Below are positions 32,435 to 43,159 of a stretch of DNA of 64,000 nucleotides, piece by piece. The notes under the pieces are model-generated. The model saw only the letters and a list, made by a program, of their open reading frames with translations, ran no database searches and was not told the origin of the DNA. A program made the position numbers and the translations under genes. Numbering within the stretch: position 1 is the stretch's first letter; every line of letters starts with the position of its first letter. Location of the stretch: positions 320,001-384,000 of the forward strand of contig JAWBYA010000001.1 in assembly GCA_038867615.1 (NCBI GenBank), written 5' to 3'. Source of the DNA: Sulfolobales archaeon (GTDB lineage: Archaea; Thermoproteota; Thermoprotei_A; Sulfolobales; AG1).

Positions 32435-32560
32435 GTTTTTACATCTCTCCAGAGGATCTTGATACCATTATTACTACTGCTAGCCATTTTATAAACAACA
32501 CGCGATCCCTTCTGCTAGATCGTTTAAGCAGGCCTGTTTCGGAACTTCTGCGATGAGGAT

Positions 32561-33622
32561 CTATAAAGCCCTCTCCGAAGATAATGTTATATATACTATA
32601 TACATGATCAGCACCGCTGTTACAAGTGCTAGCAGCTCCACCCAGCCCCAGTATTCCGCGCCCCGCATCGGCATTGCTCTCGCTATACCTATTATCGCTA
32701 CAATGCTCTGTATCGGTATCCATTTCGCTCTATAAGCCCTCCCCATAATCCCTGGCAGTAATAGTGGTGTGCAGAGGGAGGCCATGATTACTGCTAGGAA
32801 GCCTATCATGCTCATATGGATATAATCCACGCCCCTGATCCCTAGTAGAACTACGATCATGGATAAAACACCAAGGATCTTTGCTATAGAGGAGCCCAGC
32901 CTATAGATATCCTCCACCCTTAGTTTTAGCGAGACCCCACCGATCTTGATCCTATAGAGGGGTATCACCACAAGCCCTGCTATCAATACAAGGCTCCTAA
33001 CCCCTGCTAGTGGTGAGAGGGCTAGAGAAGCTATTGAGAATGCTATATATGTATATAGCAGGGGTCTCGAGATCCTATAGCCATTTATATTAGGCTCAAC
33101 CCTCACCATAAGGCTGCACGCAGAGAGTAGGGGGAAGGATATGCTATAGAGAGGCCCTAGCCCGGCTGCGAGCGAGAGGGAGGAGTGGAGGAGACCGGCT
33201 AGTGTTAATATGTTTGGGAGCTTGAGGGGGGAGGATCCAATAGCCCTTCTATATAGATAGACAGATGCATGGATAAACCCCGAGAGAGCGATGATATAGA
33301 CCCATAACCAGCTCCCCAGGATCGCGAGAACCCCTCCAGAGATCTCGAGAACAGCTATCGATATGCTTAGAAGCGGGTGGGGCATGTAATAACCAGCATA
33401 GCCAGGCACTTGAGCCCACATAACACCAGAGTAGAAGAGCCTTACACCGAGGAGCATGAGCACCGCGTGCTCCCAAACAAGCCCCAGGGGTATTGAGAAG
33501 AGACCAAGGATCAGGAAAACCGACGAGGCTGTAACAAGAACCCTTGATGAGTAAACCCACACCCAGAACCTCCCGGTCTTGCCAGACTCCACAGCTCCCC
33601 ACCATAGTCTCTCAATACACAC
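32561..33622 (-). CDS. Multi-pass membrane protein of unknown function
   Basis: About 11-12 hydrophobic segments with intramembrane His residues (EHAVLM, IHAS, YIHM). Confidence 0.65.
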   Translation of the reverse strand: MCIERLWWGAVESGKTGRFWVWVYSSRVLVTASSVFLILGLFSIPLGLVWEHAVLMLLGVRLFYSGVMWAQVPGYAGYYMPHPLLSISIAVLEISGGVLAILGSWLWVYIIALSGFIHASVYLYRRAIGSSPLKLPNILTLAGLLHSSLSLAAGLGPLYSISFPLLSACSLMVRVEPNINGYRISRPLLYTYIAFSIASLALSPLAGVRSLVLIAGLVVIPLYRIKIGGVSLKLRVEDIYRLGSSIAKILGVLSMIVVLLGIRGVDYIHMSMIGFLAVIMASLCTPLLLPGIMGRAYRAKWIPIQSIVAIIGIARAMPMRGAEYWGWVELLALVTAVLIMYIVYITLSSERAL

Positions 33623-33859
33623 CTATTATCCATACCATCTATCCGCAGTCACCCAATCCCAGCATCTTTGGTACCCAGTAGCTATACACGGGTAGCTTCT
33701 CGTAGACCACCTGCGCCGTTGGGCTCCTAAAGAATATCTGGGGATGGATCGGTGTAGTATTCAGGATCTGGGTTAGGGAAACTTAGTGACACGCTTATCA
33801 ACAAAGGATCCGCGGAGACCGGTAGCTCCTATATTAGGCTTATAACTCAAAATAGATAG

Positions 33860-34312
33860 CTAAACACGTTCCGCAGCCTCCTTGCTAGAAATAACTATAA
33901 CCTCGCGTCCCAACTGTTTTACAATCCTATCCCTTTCTGAGAGTATTTTTCTCAACAGTTTTCTATCATCGCTAACCAAAACGCCCCCTATCTCGTGTGA
34001 TGCAACCACGTATGATGCCTCATAGTAGGTGAATCCTATGTCGTGAGCCAGCCTTAAGATAGATTCTTTATCACGGGGCTCCACCACATTCACCATAGAT
34101 AGCAGCCTGGCTATATGGCTTAGCACGCTGATCGACTCCTCCAGGCTTATCCTCTTTACAAGCAGAGCTTCTTTCCACAATGCATTGCCGATCTCATAGG
34201 GGGTTATGGTTAGCGTATAACTACTGCGGATGATATCAAGCGCCCTGGGGCCGTAGAGCCTCACGGTGTTTAGCAACGCTGATGAGTCGTAGAGGAGTCT
34301 GGTATTCCTCAT
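33860..34312 (-). CDS. vapC: PIN-domain toxin (VapC)
   Basis: YDSSALLN, YEIGNALWK, TYYEASY, SDDRKL. Confidence 0.88.
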   Translation of the reverse strand: MRNTRLLYDSSALLNTVRLYGPRALDIIRSSYTLTITPYEIGNALWKEALLVKRISLEESISVLSHIARLLSMVNVVEPRDKESILRLAHDIGFTYYEASYVVASHEIGGVLVSDDRKLLRKILSERDRIVKQLGREVIVISSKEAAERV

Positions 34313-34536
34313 CTCTCTTCACGCGAGGATCTTATGATCTCTACCACTTCTTCTTCAGGGATCTTCGAGAGGATCTTTGATGCCTCTTCAAGACCTCTTC
34401 TTATCTCCTCCTCCTCTCTCCTCCTGATCTCTTCCTCCAGAGCCCTCCTGATCACCTGGCTCACATTAATTCTATACCTCTTGATCTTCTCATACAACTC
34501 CCTATCTATTCTAGCCGAAACCACAGCATCCCTCAT
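34309..34536 (-). CDS. Antitoxin (VapB/CcdA-like)
   Basis: VVSARI..ELYE...INVSQVIRRALEEE; overlaps the vapC start by 4 nt. Confidence 0.8.
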   Translation of the reverse strand: MRDAVVSARIDRELYEKIKRYRINVSQVIRRALEEEIRRREEEEIRRGLEEASKILSKIPEEEVVEIIRSSREER

Positions 34537-35290
34537 ACAGCCACCCATATACATTTTCTGTAGAACATACTAATATTACATAAGCTGCAATACATTTTAA
34601 GTTATACGCATAACAGCTATTACCAGACAGCTATCATCCTAACCTTACATAACTACCAGCCCCTGCACACCACGCATTGAATTGAAGATCGGGAGAAGAT
34701 CTCACAAACGCTTTTCAAAAGCCGTAGCAAGCTGTATAATTTTAATTTTTATGAAGACCTATAGTGGGTGTTATCAGTTTTCCCACCTAGATCTTTGTTT
34801 TTATAGATAAGCCTATAGGCTAAAAATATAATTTATAACGATGTCTGCCCACGATGAGAGCGGCTATAAAGATCTAAAGGGCGGGTTAAAGGCAAAGAGA
34901 GCCAGGATGAGTTTTTCTACAGCTATGAGTCAGAGGTAAACTATGAGGGGGAGCTGTGGGTCGGGGTCTCTCTGAATGGGTGGAGGCCGAGGATATGGGT
35001 CCTGATGATAGGAGCCCTGAGGCCCACGAAGCCAAGGGAAAGAGCGGTTGATATTTTTACCAACCGCTATGGAGCACGAACCCCATGCTAGGATCGGTTT
35101 ACAGTAATGTCTCCACAAATACGTAGCCTGGACGAGGCCTGATGTTAATGATCCAGGTGATATGTGTTGCAAAATGGACATGCCTAAACATGGGATCGGT
35201 TGGGATATTGTCATACCTCATATTGACACTTCCGAATAACATTAAATATCAGCTTATAAACCCTCTAGCCTTAGGTATGTGGTGAGCCCT

Positions 35291-36187
35291 TTGTACCTCA
35301 GAATAGATAGACTCCAGATAAGTATTCCCGCACCCAAAGATCCGGATCCCAACGCTGCTGCCGCGCTCCAAGAGCTCCTTGGAGGAAAATTTGGCGAGAT
35401 GACGACACTGATGACCTATACTTATCAGTCGTTCAACTATAGGCTTCACAGAAACCCTGCGGTGAAGCCCTTCAGAGCACTTGTATCCAATATAGCTACT
35501 GAGGAGCTGGGACATATAGAGCTTGTATCTGCAGGTGTTAACGCGCTCTACGTAGGATCTACAAAGACAGCTCCTCCGGAGCAGACGCCGCTTAAACCTC
35601 TCAAAGATGCTAGGAACACCTACCATGTGATCAATACCGGCTTAACAGCCTTCCCAATGGATAGCCATGGGGCCCCGTGGAGGGGTGACTATATATTCGT
35701 GAGCGGCTCTCTAGAGCTGGATCTGCTCTTCAACTTCTTCCTAGAGGTTGGTGCTAGGCTGGCTAAGATGAGGGTCTATGAGATGACAGACAACCCAGTG
35801 GCTAGAGAGATAGCCGGGTACCTGCTAGTAAGGGGAGGGGTTCATGCAATGGCATATGGAAAGGCTCTAGAAGCCCTCACAGGTGTTGAGGTGTGGAGAA
35901 TGCTCCCAATACCGAAGGTGGAGAACTCCAAATTCCCCGAAGCGGCTAAATACGAGAAGATGGGTATCCACAGAACCCTCTATAGGTTCAGCCCAACCGA
36001 TTACAAAGAGGTAGAGCTTATATGGAGGGGAACCCATCCACAGGATAACCAGCCGCTTGTTGTCCGCGACGGCCCGCCGGAGGGTGGGGAATACCCAGAA
36101 CTACCAGAAGTTCCTGAAGAGTTCGCACCAGGTCTCTCTGGAGACGATTTTGTAAGAGTAGCTAAGAGGTTGGGTATACAGCTATAA
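35291..36187 (+). CDS. Manganese catalase
   Basis: LQELLGGKFGEM, IATEELGHIE, RGGVH; TTG start 6 nt after GGTG gives MYLRIDRLQI. Confidence 0.93.
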   Translation: MYLRIDRLQISIPAPKDPDPNAAAALQELLGGKFGEMTTLMTYTYQSFNYRLHRNPAVKPFRALVSNIATEELGHIELVSAGVNALYVGSTKTAPPEQTPLKPLKDARNTYHVINTGLTAFPMDSHGAPWRGDYIFVSGSLELDLLFNFFLEVGARLAKMRVYEMTDNPVAREIAGYLLVRGGVHAMAYGKALEALTGVEVWRMLPIPKVENSKFPEAAKYEKMGIHRTLYRFSPTDYKEVELIWRGTHPQDNQPLVVRDGPPEGGEYPELPEVPEEFAPGLSGDDFVRVAKRLGIQL

Positions 36188-36321
36188 TCCTAAATGGAGT
36201 TTTTCCACACCATTATTTTTACTGGCTTTTCAATCATTCGGGCTCAGGGGGCTTAGGGTTTAGGGATCTATTGAGAGAGACCCCTTTATAGTTCGTCTGA
36301 GCATATTATGGTGTGTAGCTG

Positions 36322-37518
36322 CTATGAAAACAGATCCTTGGCACTATCCCTAACATATAGGGGTTCCCCGTCGACCAGTGTTGCGATTATCTCGAGCTCC
36401 TTGTTCATGATGACTATATCGGCTCTATATCCGGGTTCTATGAGGCCTATTCTGTGTTTATCTAAAAGCCCTAGGGATTTTGCTGGGGTTGTTGATGCCA
36501 TGTGGAATGCTTCGGATATGCTGTAGCCGAGGCTGGCTATGTTTTTGAACGCTCTATCCATGGTTAGGATGCTCCCGGCTATTGTATCGCTTCCAGGGAT
36601 TCTGGGTACGCCTTCCTCAACCTCTACCTCGAGATCCCCTAGCCTGTATTTCCCCTTATTCATCCCGGTTGCTGAGATTGAGTCTGTTATTAGGACAACT
36701 CTTTCGTGGGATGCGTAGTCTATGGTGAATTCAAGCATCTCTGGCGATACATGGATCATATCGGCTATTATTTCTAGGTAAACACTCCTGCTCTTTAGAA
36801 GGGCTGGAGCTGCTCCTGGATTTCTATGGTGGAAACCGCTCATAGCGTTGTATAGATGTGTTGCCCTCGAAGCCCCCAGGGTTATTGCCTTTATGGTTTC
36901 TCTATATGTTGCGTCTGTATGCCCCACCTGGACTATAACTCCTTTCCTGCGGGCCTCTTTTATGAGTTCCGTTGCACCCTCGATCTCTGGTGAGATTGTT
37001 ATGATCAGCTGGAGATCCCCTGCCTCTGATAAGTAGGATGAGAGCTCCTCGAGGCTTGGTCTCCTTATATACTCAACTCTATGGGCTCCAGCTCTTTTAG
37101 GATTTATATATGGTCCTTCGAGATGGATCCCAAGGATCTTTGCACCGCTCCTCATCCTGGAAGCAATGTTAACGGATCTACAGAATCTTTTGAGGATCTC
37201 GTGGGGCATGGAGACCGAGGTCGGTATATAGGATGTAACACCAAACCTGGTCACCATTCCGGAGAGCCTGGCTATATCCTCGCTAGATGCTGTGGTCACA
37301 TCAACCCCGAAAGCACCATGGGTGTGAGTGTCGATGAAGCCGGGGCCTGCTATGAAACCCTCGAGAGAGATCTCATCGTATCTCTCTAGATTTCTATAGG
37401 GCTCCTCACCAACATCAACGATATAGCCATCCTCGATCGCTATATAGCCCTTTCTAAAAACATGCCTGGGCGTGATGACCATGGCGTTTCTCAAGACAAG
37501 CCTAGCTATACCCTCCAC
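36322..37518 (-). CDS. nagA: N-acetylglucosamine-6-phosphate deacetylase
   Basis: PGFIDTHTHG, HLEGPY, GHTDA, THLYNAM, ITDS, IAGS. Confidence 0.93.
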   Translation of the reverse strand: MEGIARLVLRNAMVITPRHVFRKGYIAIEDGYIVDVGEEPYRNLERYDEISLEGFIAGPGFIDTHTHGAFGVDVTTASSEDIARLSGMVTRFGVTSYIPTSVSMPHEILKRFCRSVNIASRMRSGAKILGIHLEGPYINPKRAGAHRVEYIRRPSLEELSSYLSEAGDLQLIITISPEIEGATELIKEARRKGVIVQVGHTDATYRETIKAITLGASRATHLYNAMSGFHHRNPGAAPALLKSRSVYLEIIADMIHVSPEMLEFTIDYASHERVVLITDSISATGMNKGKYRLGDLEVEVEEGVPRIPGSDTIAGSILTMDRAFKNIASLGYSISEAFHMASTTPAKSLGLLDKHRIGLIEPGYRADIVIMNKELEIIATLVDGEPLYVRDSAKDLFS

Positions 37519-37657
37519 CCATGGTTTAGAGGCTTCATGGCCAATTTATATTAAGAGTAACTATCTATGGGTTTAGAGTGGCTAGTAGCTTTTAGACCAT
37601 TGTCTAGATAGTGGGTTATGATGGTTGGTCGGGGATTTGTGGGGATAATCTTTTGTT

Positions 37658-38899
37658 TTACTGCTCAGGCTTTCTATATGCTTCTACATACCATGGTATT
37701 TTTCTAGCCACGATCCCGAAGATCTCTTTCACCATTCTCTCAGAGGTTATTGGCGGGTTATACTCGCCCGCTGTCTGGGTTCTCCAGCCCAGGATCCTGG
37801 TTTCTCCTCTAGCATATCTAGCTATGGCCTCCATTTTGTCTAGCACTGGCTCTATCTCTCTCAATAGCTTTTTACTATATAGTGTCTCCCTCAGCTCCCT
37901 AGCTATCTCGAGGGCTTCTTCAGCGTTGTTTTTCGTTATGGTCTCCTCATCAAGATCCATGAAGCTAGCCTTGTTATATTCGAGGAATCTTTTGAACCAA
38001 TGCCTAGCACTCTTATTAACTATAGCGTCTACAGCCTCTGAAATGCTCCTCTCAGGATCGTAGGTTTTTTCGAAAAGAATGTTCGAGATCGTGTATAGAG
38101 GTATTTTAGACGCCTCAGGCTGGTTAGCAGGGTTAGATACATAGCCCGATACGAGTCTTGGCATATTGCTAGGCCTATTCCTTATAGCTCCTAGATGGAG
38201 TCTCGTGATCCCGTTGACTATGAAGTAGTCGTTAACTGGATAGTTATCCCATATAAAGGGTTTTCTCTTGATAAGCCTCGAGACTGCTTCAAGATCCTCC
38301 TCAGAGATCTTGTGGGAAGCAACCCACATACCTGTCCAGATAATATGGATCCCTGGATCTACTAGGGAGCCTAGCTCCGATAAGTAGTCATCTTTTAAGC
38401 CGTAGTAATATGTGGGGCAGAATACGAGGGCCCTGGGCTCTAGCTCTCCATAGATCTTGTTTACGAGAGAAGCCTGGGCTTCTGCGAGACTCCTATAACC
38501 CCTACCCCTCAGGATCGGGGGTACGTCGTCGAGGAAAATCGCTAGATCCTCTATCCCGTGCTCCATAATCTTCTGAAGCTTTCTCAACAATATCCTAACA
38601 TCATGGTTGGAGGAGTAATCAATATCAAGCCCAGGGCTCAGAGCAAAGACAACTCTAACACCGTATCTATTGGCAGCGCTAACAAGCATAGATAGCCTGT
38701 CTAGAAATTCAGGGGTATAGGGGTCTCTCCACCAGTCACGATGCATAGGATCCCATTTAGGGGCATATATATAGGTGTCGAAACCAAGCCTCCCCAGAAA
38801 CTCGATCATATAGATCCTATCCAGCCAGTTCCACGGCGTACCATAGAAACCCTCAACAATACCAAACACGATGACCAGCCGAGAGAGAATCACGAGCAT
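37658..38899 (-). CDS. GH84 beta-N-acetylglucosaminidase (O-GlcNAcase-like)
   Basis: GIVEGFYGTPW, YIYAPK.DP, SPGLD, FLDDV catalytic Asp pair, PTYY, WTG, IWDNYPVND. Confidence 0.9.
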   Translation of the reverse strand: MLVILSRLVIVFGIVEGFYGTPWNWLDRIYMIEFLGRLGFDTYIYAPKWDPMHRDWWRDPYTPEFLDRLSMLVSAANRYGVRVVFALSPGLDIDYSSNHDVRILLRKLQKIMEHGIEDLAIFLDDVPPILRGRGYRSLAEAQASLVNKIYGELEPRALVFCPTYYYGLKDDYLSELGSLVDPGIHIIWTGMWVASHKISEEDLEAVSRLIKRKPFIWDNYPVNDYFIVNGITRLHLGAIRNRPSNMPRLVSGYVSNPANQPEASKIPLYTISNILFEKTYDPERSISEAVDAIVNKSARHWFKRFLEYNKASFMDLDEETITKNNAEEALEIARELRETLYSKKLLREIEPVLDKMEAIARYARGETRILGWRTQTAGEYNPPITSERMVKEIFGIVARKIPWYVEAYRKPEQ

Positions 38900-39147
38900 G
38901 GTATTAAAACAAAAGCTAGTTGCACTGGGTATAGGGAGGCCTTATCTACTATAACCTAATGATCCTTGATTTCATGTGTATTTATATAGCACTATAGCTA
39001 GCATTGCAGCGCATGCAACAGAACCCAGCCTAGCTAATAAAAAGAATAGATGTAGATAGAAGCGTTATGGACCGGACATGATCCTCGGGTTATTCGTAAT
39101 ATCGGTTAAAAAACTACCAGTAGATCTTTATAGTTCTGTTAAGTTTT

Positions 39148-39825
39148 CTATGTGGTAATGAAATAGGGCTCTGTAACAGTGTCTGAGGAGACCAGGACTA
39201 TCCACTGTCCAGACATAGCATGACCTGGTACTCCGCACGCTATCCAGTAGACTCCTTTCTGGATAGATGTCGCTATCATCACTGTAGTCTCATCCTGCCC
39301 TATACCCTCTTTATATCCCGATATCCCGAGCTTTCCATCTGGTGCCCATGCGATGAGCTTTCCATCTTTGGTTGGATCAGTGCTTCTAGGTGTGGGCGTG
39401 TTGTTCGCTATTATCCCAACGCTGTGCGGTAGGTCGTCCTCGTTGATATACTTGACAATGAGGCTCCACCAAACGGGTATATATATTACTAATTTACCAT
39501 TACTGCTGCCGTTGAAATTATAGTGTCCCTCCTTTCCTCCATCGAACATTATATGTATGTCCTCGCATTTCTCTCCACCCTCCTGTTTAATTTCGCTTTC
39601 GTGATGGGTAACTAGAGTAACATATACGGTTTTATTCGAGTCATCGTGGGGCAGCCTCTTCCCTGTTATGGATGCTTTAGTAGGTGTTGGTGTTGAGGTT
39701 TGAGGGCTTACTGTTGGTGCCCGTTGGTAGGATACTAGGTAAATCGTTGCTACTGCTAGAATTATTACCGCTATTGCGATGACTGCTGTAGTTATTCTAC
39801 TTTCAGCCTTTCTTGTTTTCCTCAT
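39148..39825 (-). CDS. Membrane-anchored sulfocyanin (SoxE)-like blue copper protein
   Basis: TM anchor, Thr/Pro linker, YNFNGSSNG, LPHS, GVYWIACGVPGHA. Confidence 0.82.
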   Translation of the reverse strand: MRKTRKAESRITTAVIAIAVIILAVATIYLVSYQRAPTVSPQTSTPTPTKASITGKRLPHDDSNKTVYVTLVTHHESEIKQEGGEKCEDIHIMFDGGKEGHYNFNGSSNGKLVIYIPVWWSLIVKYINEDDLPHSVGIIANNTPTPRSTDPTKDGKLIAWAPDGKLGISGYKEGIGQDETTVMIATSIQKGVYWIACGVPGHAMSGQWIVLVSSDTVTEPYFITT

Positions 39826-39994
39826 TACATTCACCTTTACAAAATATAGTAGAAGATTTAAATATATAAATATTCAAAACTATACAAATATAAGATAATG
39901 TATTTATCTTTATACAAAGGTATAATGATCCTCGAGAGATCACGTGTCCCGAGATCGTAGAACTATTAGTATTAAAGACCTCTCTAAGAACATA

Positions 39995-40018
39995 GTCAAC
40001 ATTGAGTGGAATGTTGAC
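39995..40018. promoter_or_regulatory. Perfect 9-bp inverted repeat, possible operator
   Basis: GTCAACATT-N6-AATGTTGAC in a divergent intergenic region. Confidence 0.35.
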
Positions 40019-40444
40019 CGAACCGAGTATGGTGGTAACGATGTAACAGCTCAGAGCATAGCTTCATATCACCGCCTAGGAGAAGGTAAAGAATAACAGG
40101 ATATTCAGGAATAGATGGTGGTTGATTGCTAACATTTCTGGATTTATTTCTTAAACAGGCTAAGAGTGGATTGTAAACGTACTATTGAACGCGATCTACA
40201 AGTCAACTGGAGGAGATATATTGGAAAAGATCTAGATAGTCGATGTCCTAGGCTCTAAGCTTTACGGCTTTTATGGCTCCACAGCATATAAGTATATATA
40301 TAAGATTAATTGATATTTAGAAATGGGAAGCTATATTGAGCATCTATAGAGTAGTAGAAATAGTAATCTCTATAGTCTTTATAACTGTATTCCTTGCGAG
40401 AGACATGGCTAGAATCCCTCCTCCATGGTTTAAGGTGAGACCCT

Positions 40445-41470
40445 ATGTCGGCTCAAGCTTCTGATAAATACTTGGTTCTCAGTTTCAGCCCTCTGCCAGC
40501 TGAGCTTATAAGGGCTCTGATAGCTCCCTATAGGTCTTTGCTGGATAGGGATGTTGATGTGGTTGTCTTTAGAGATGTGGGCAATTGGGAGAGGCTTTCC
40601 ACCCTGCTCAGATCGGTTGATGTTATAATAGGCGACTACACCATGGAGGTTCCTATAACGAGGGATATGTGCTATGCTATGGAGAGGGTTAGGCTTATAG
40701 CTCAGCCGAGCACGGGTTTCGATCACATAGATATAGAGGCGTGCGCCGAGAAAAGGATCCCGGTAGCCAATATAGGTGGAGCTAATGCTGTCACGGTAGC
40801 GGAGTACACCGTTATGGTAGCCCTAGCCCTGCTACGCAGACTTGTAGAGGCTCATGAGAGGACTAGGAGGGGGGAGTGGGTTCAGTGGGAGCTCATGGAG
40901 AAGGGTTCGTTCGAGCTTCAGGGCAAGACTTGGGGTATAATTGGTCTGGGCAGGATTGGGAGGGAGGTTGCTAGGAGGGTTAGGGGTTTCGATACCGATG
41001 TAATATACTATGATAAGGTTAGGTTTGAGGATGTGGAGAAAGAGCTAGGTGTAGAATATTCTCCTCTACCAAAGCTCTTGAGGACTAGCGATATAGTATC
41101 GCTACACGTACCCCTAACGCCTGAGACCAGGCGTATGATTGGTGAGAAGGAGCTAAGGCTGATGAAACCCACTGCGATCCTCATAAACCCGGCGAGGGGG
41201 GAGATCGTTGATGAAGAGGCTCTTGCCAGGGCTCTGGAGGAGAGGTGGATAGCTGGGGCTGCTGTTGATGTATATAGTAGGGAGCCTCCTGAGAAGGATC
41301 ATCCTCTCATAAGGCTTGCAGCTAGAGGCGATCTGAACTTGATTGTAACACCCCATATAGGTGGTGCTTCTACGGAGTCTAGGGCTAGGATAATCCAGGT
41401 TACGATAGAGAATGTTGTGAGGGTTCTAAGGGGGGAGAAGCCCTTGAATGTTGTTAACATGCCCACATAG
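40445..41470 (+). CDS. D-2-hydroxyacid dehydrogenase
   Basis: STGFDHID, GLGRIG, NPARG, DVYSREP, TPHIGG. Confidence 0.92.
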   Translation: MSAQASDKYLVLSFSPLPAELIRALIAPYRSLLDRDVDVVVFRDVGNWERLSTLLRSVDVIIGDYTMEVPITRDMCYAMERVRLIAQPSTGFDHIDIEACAEKRIPVANIGGANAVTVAEYTVMVALALLRRLVEAHERTRRGEWVQWELMEKGSFELQGKTWGIIGLGRIGREVARRVRGFDTDVIYYDKVRFEDVEKELGVEYSPLPKLLRTSDIVSLHVPLTPETRRMIGEKELRLMKPTAILINPARGEIVDEEALARALEERWIAGAAVDVYSREPPEKDHPLIRLAARGDLNLIVTPHIGGASTESRARIIQVTIENVVRVLRGEKPLNVVNMPT

Positions 41471-41479
41471 CGTGGGATC

Positions 41480-43159
41480 ATGCCGACAGTAGCTTCCTAT
41501 ATAGTTGAGGTTTTAAAACTCCTAGGCCTTAAGAGGATCTATGGGATAATAGGTACAACTATCCTTGACTTTATGGATGCCCTCTACGATTACAGAGAAG
41601 ATCTGAGGCTCGTAACAACAAGGCATGAGCAAGCCGCTGTCAGCATGGCCGATGCGGAGTATAGAGTTACGGGCAATCTAGGGGCTGTTGCGGTTCACGG
41701 AGGACCAGGGTTTCTGAACACAGCCCTCGGCCTGGGGATAGCTTTCAAGGATAGAGTACCACTGCTACTCATATCTGGGGGTGTTAAGAGGAGGCTCTAT
41801 GGAACTGACGCTATGCATGAGGTGGATCAGGTCAGCGTTGTGAGACCCATAACGAAATACGCTGCCAGGCTATCGAGGGAGGAAGAGCTTCCAAGCATTA
41901 TGGCTAAGGCTTTGCGGTTAGCTCTATCCAAACCCCGAGGTCCTGTGGTGCTAGAGGTTCCTGAGGATATGTGGAGGCGTCCCGTGAGCGCTGCTCCTAG
42001 CGATGCTCTCAGAGAATTAAAGATCGAGCCGATGAGGCCCCGCAGAGAGGATGTGGAGGAAATACTGGGCTATATGGTTAAGGCGGAGAAGCCCGCAATA
42101 TTAGTGTGTGGAGAAGCCGCTCTCCCCGGTGTTGAGCCTCTGCTCTTGGAGCTTGCATGGAGGGTTGGCGCTTATGTTATGGTTACTGGTAATGCCAGGG
42201 GTGCTTGCGACGAGAATGATCCTAGGTGTGTGGGGAGGGTTGGTTTTGGAGGAGGCTCTCTCCCGGCTGATAAGGTGTTGGAGGAGGCCGATCTTCTCCT
42301 AGTTCTGGGAGACGAGCTTGATGATATAGCTACCTATGGTTATAACATAGTCCCCAGAGGCGATGTTGTTATCGTTACCGAGAACAAGGGCGTAGAGGCA
42401 AGGCCGCTCTATTACTCAAAACTTGTCTATGCAGACCCCTACGAGGCCTTGAAAGCCCTGGTCGAGGTCTCAAGGGAAAGGGGTTTGGAGATCTCTAAAC
42501 CATCCTGGGATTCTGAGGTTGAGGGTTTCAAATCCCTCTGGAGATCCTCGATAGAAGAGGCTCTCTCGAGGAGATATGAGGGTTATGCCAACCCGTCTAG
42601 GTTCTTTAAGAGGCTTGGTGAGAAGCTCCCTGAGAGGTGTGTAATAACCGGGGGTCAGGGGGTGCACATAGTATACGCATATGACTTCATAAAGATCAGG
42701 AGGCCGAGAAGCTTCCTAGCAGCTACAAGGCTTGGAGCGATGGGCTATGCATTCCCCGCAGCCATAGGGGCTAAGCTAGCTCTCCCAGACCACGAGGTTA
42801 TAGCTGTAGTTGGTGATGGGGATTTTATGATGGGCGTGGGAGAGCTTGAGACAATCGTTAGGGAAAACATACCCGTCAAGGTTGTGGTTGTTAACGATAT
42901 GTCCTACAGGGTTCTTCTCCTAAGGCAAAAGATCCAGAGGAGGGGCAGGGTGATAGGAACCCTTCTAGAAAACCCTTCATTCGAGGCGCTTGCCAGGACA
43001 TTCGGGGCTCTCGGAGCCACGGTATCTGATGATGGTGAGATAGATAGTGTTATAGACGAGATGCTGGGATCGGATAAACCCTTCATAGTAGATCTTAGAA
43101 TAAGCCAGGAAGATGTACCGCCTCTCAATATAGAGGCATCGATTAGAATAGCGGAATAA
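41480..43159 (+). CDS. Thiamine pyrophosphate-dependent enzyme (acetolactate synthase-like)
   Basis: RHEQAAVSMAD, GPGFLN, GAMGYAFPAAIG, GDGDF...VND. Confidence 0.9.
   Translation: MPTVASYIVEVLKLLGLKRIYGIIGTTILDFMDALYDYREDLRLVTTRHEQAAVSMADAEYRVTGNLGAVAVHGGPGFLNTALGLGIAFKDRVPLLLISGGVKRRLYGTDAMHEVDQVSVVRPITKYAARLSREEELPSIMAKALRLALSKPRGPVVLEVPEDMWRRPVSAAPSDALRELKIEPMRPRREDVEEILGYMVKAEKPAILVCGEAALPGVEPLLLELAWRVGAYVMVTGNARGACDENDPRCVGRVGFGGGSLPADKVLEEADLLLVLGDELDDIATYGYNIVPRGDVVIVTENKGVEARPLYYSKLVYADPYEALKALVEVSRERGLEISKPSWDSEVEGFKSLWRSSIEEALSRRYEGYANPSRFFKRLGEKLPERCVITGGQGVHIVYAYDFIKIRRPRSFLAATRLGAMGYAFPAAIGAKLALPDHEVIAVVGDGDFMMGVGELETIVRENIPVKVVVVNDMSYRVLLLRQKIQRRGRVIGTLLENPSFEALARTFGALGATVSDDGEIDSVIDEMLGSDKPFIVDLRISQEDVPPLNIEASIRIAE

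Noticed and set aside
35000-35045. CTGATGA...GAAA as a possible hammerhead ribozyme core
   Set aside because: No purine after CUGAUGA and no closing stem II; the helices cannot be built.
40155-40180. AGGCTAAGAGTGGATTGTAAAC, resembling the end of a crenarchaeal CRISPR repeat
   Set aside because: Single copy, no regularly spaced repeats and no cas genes in the window.
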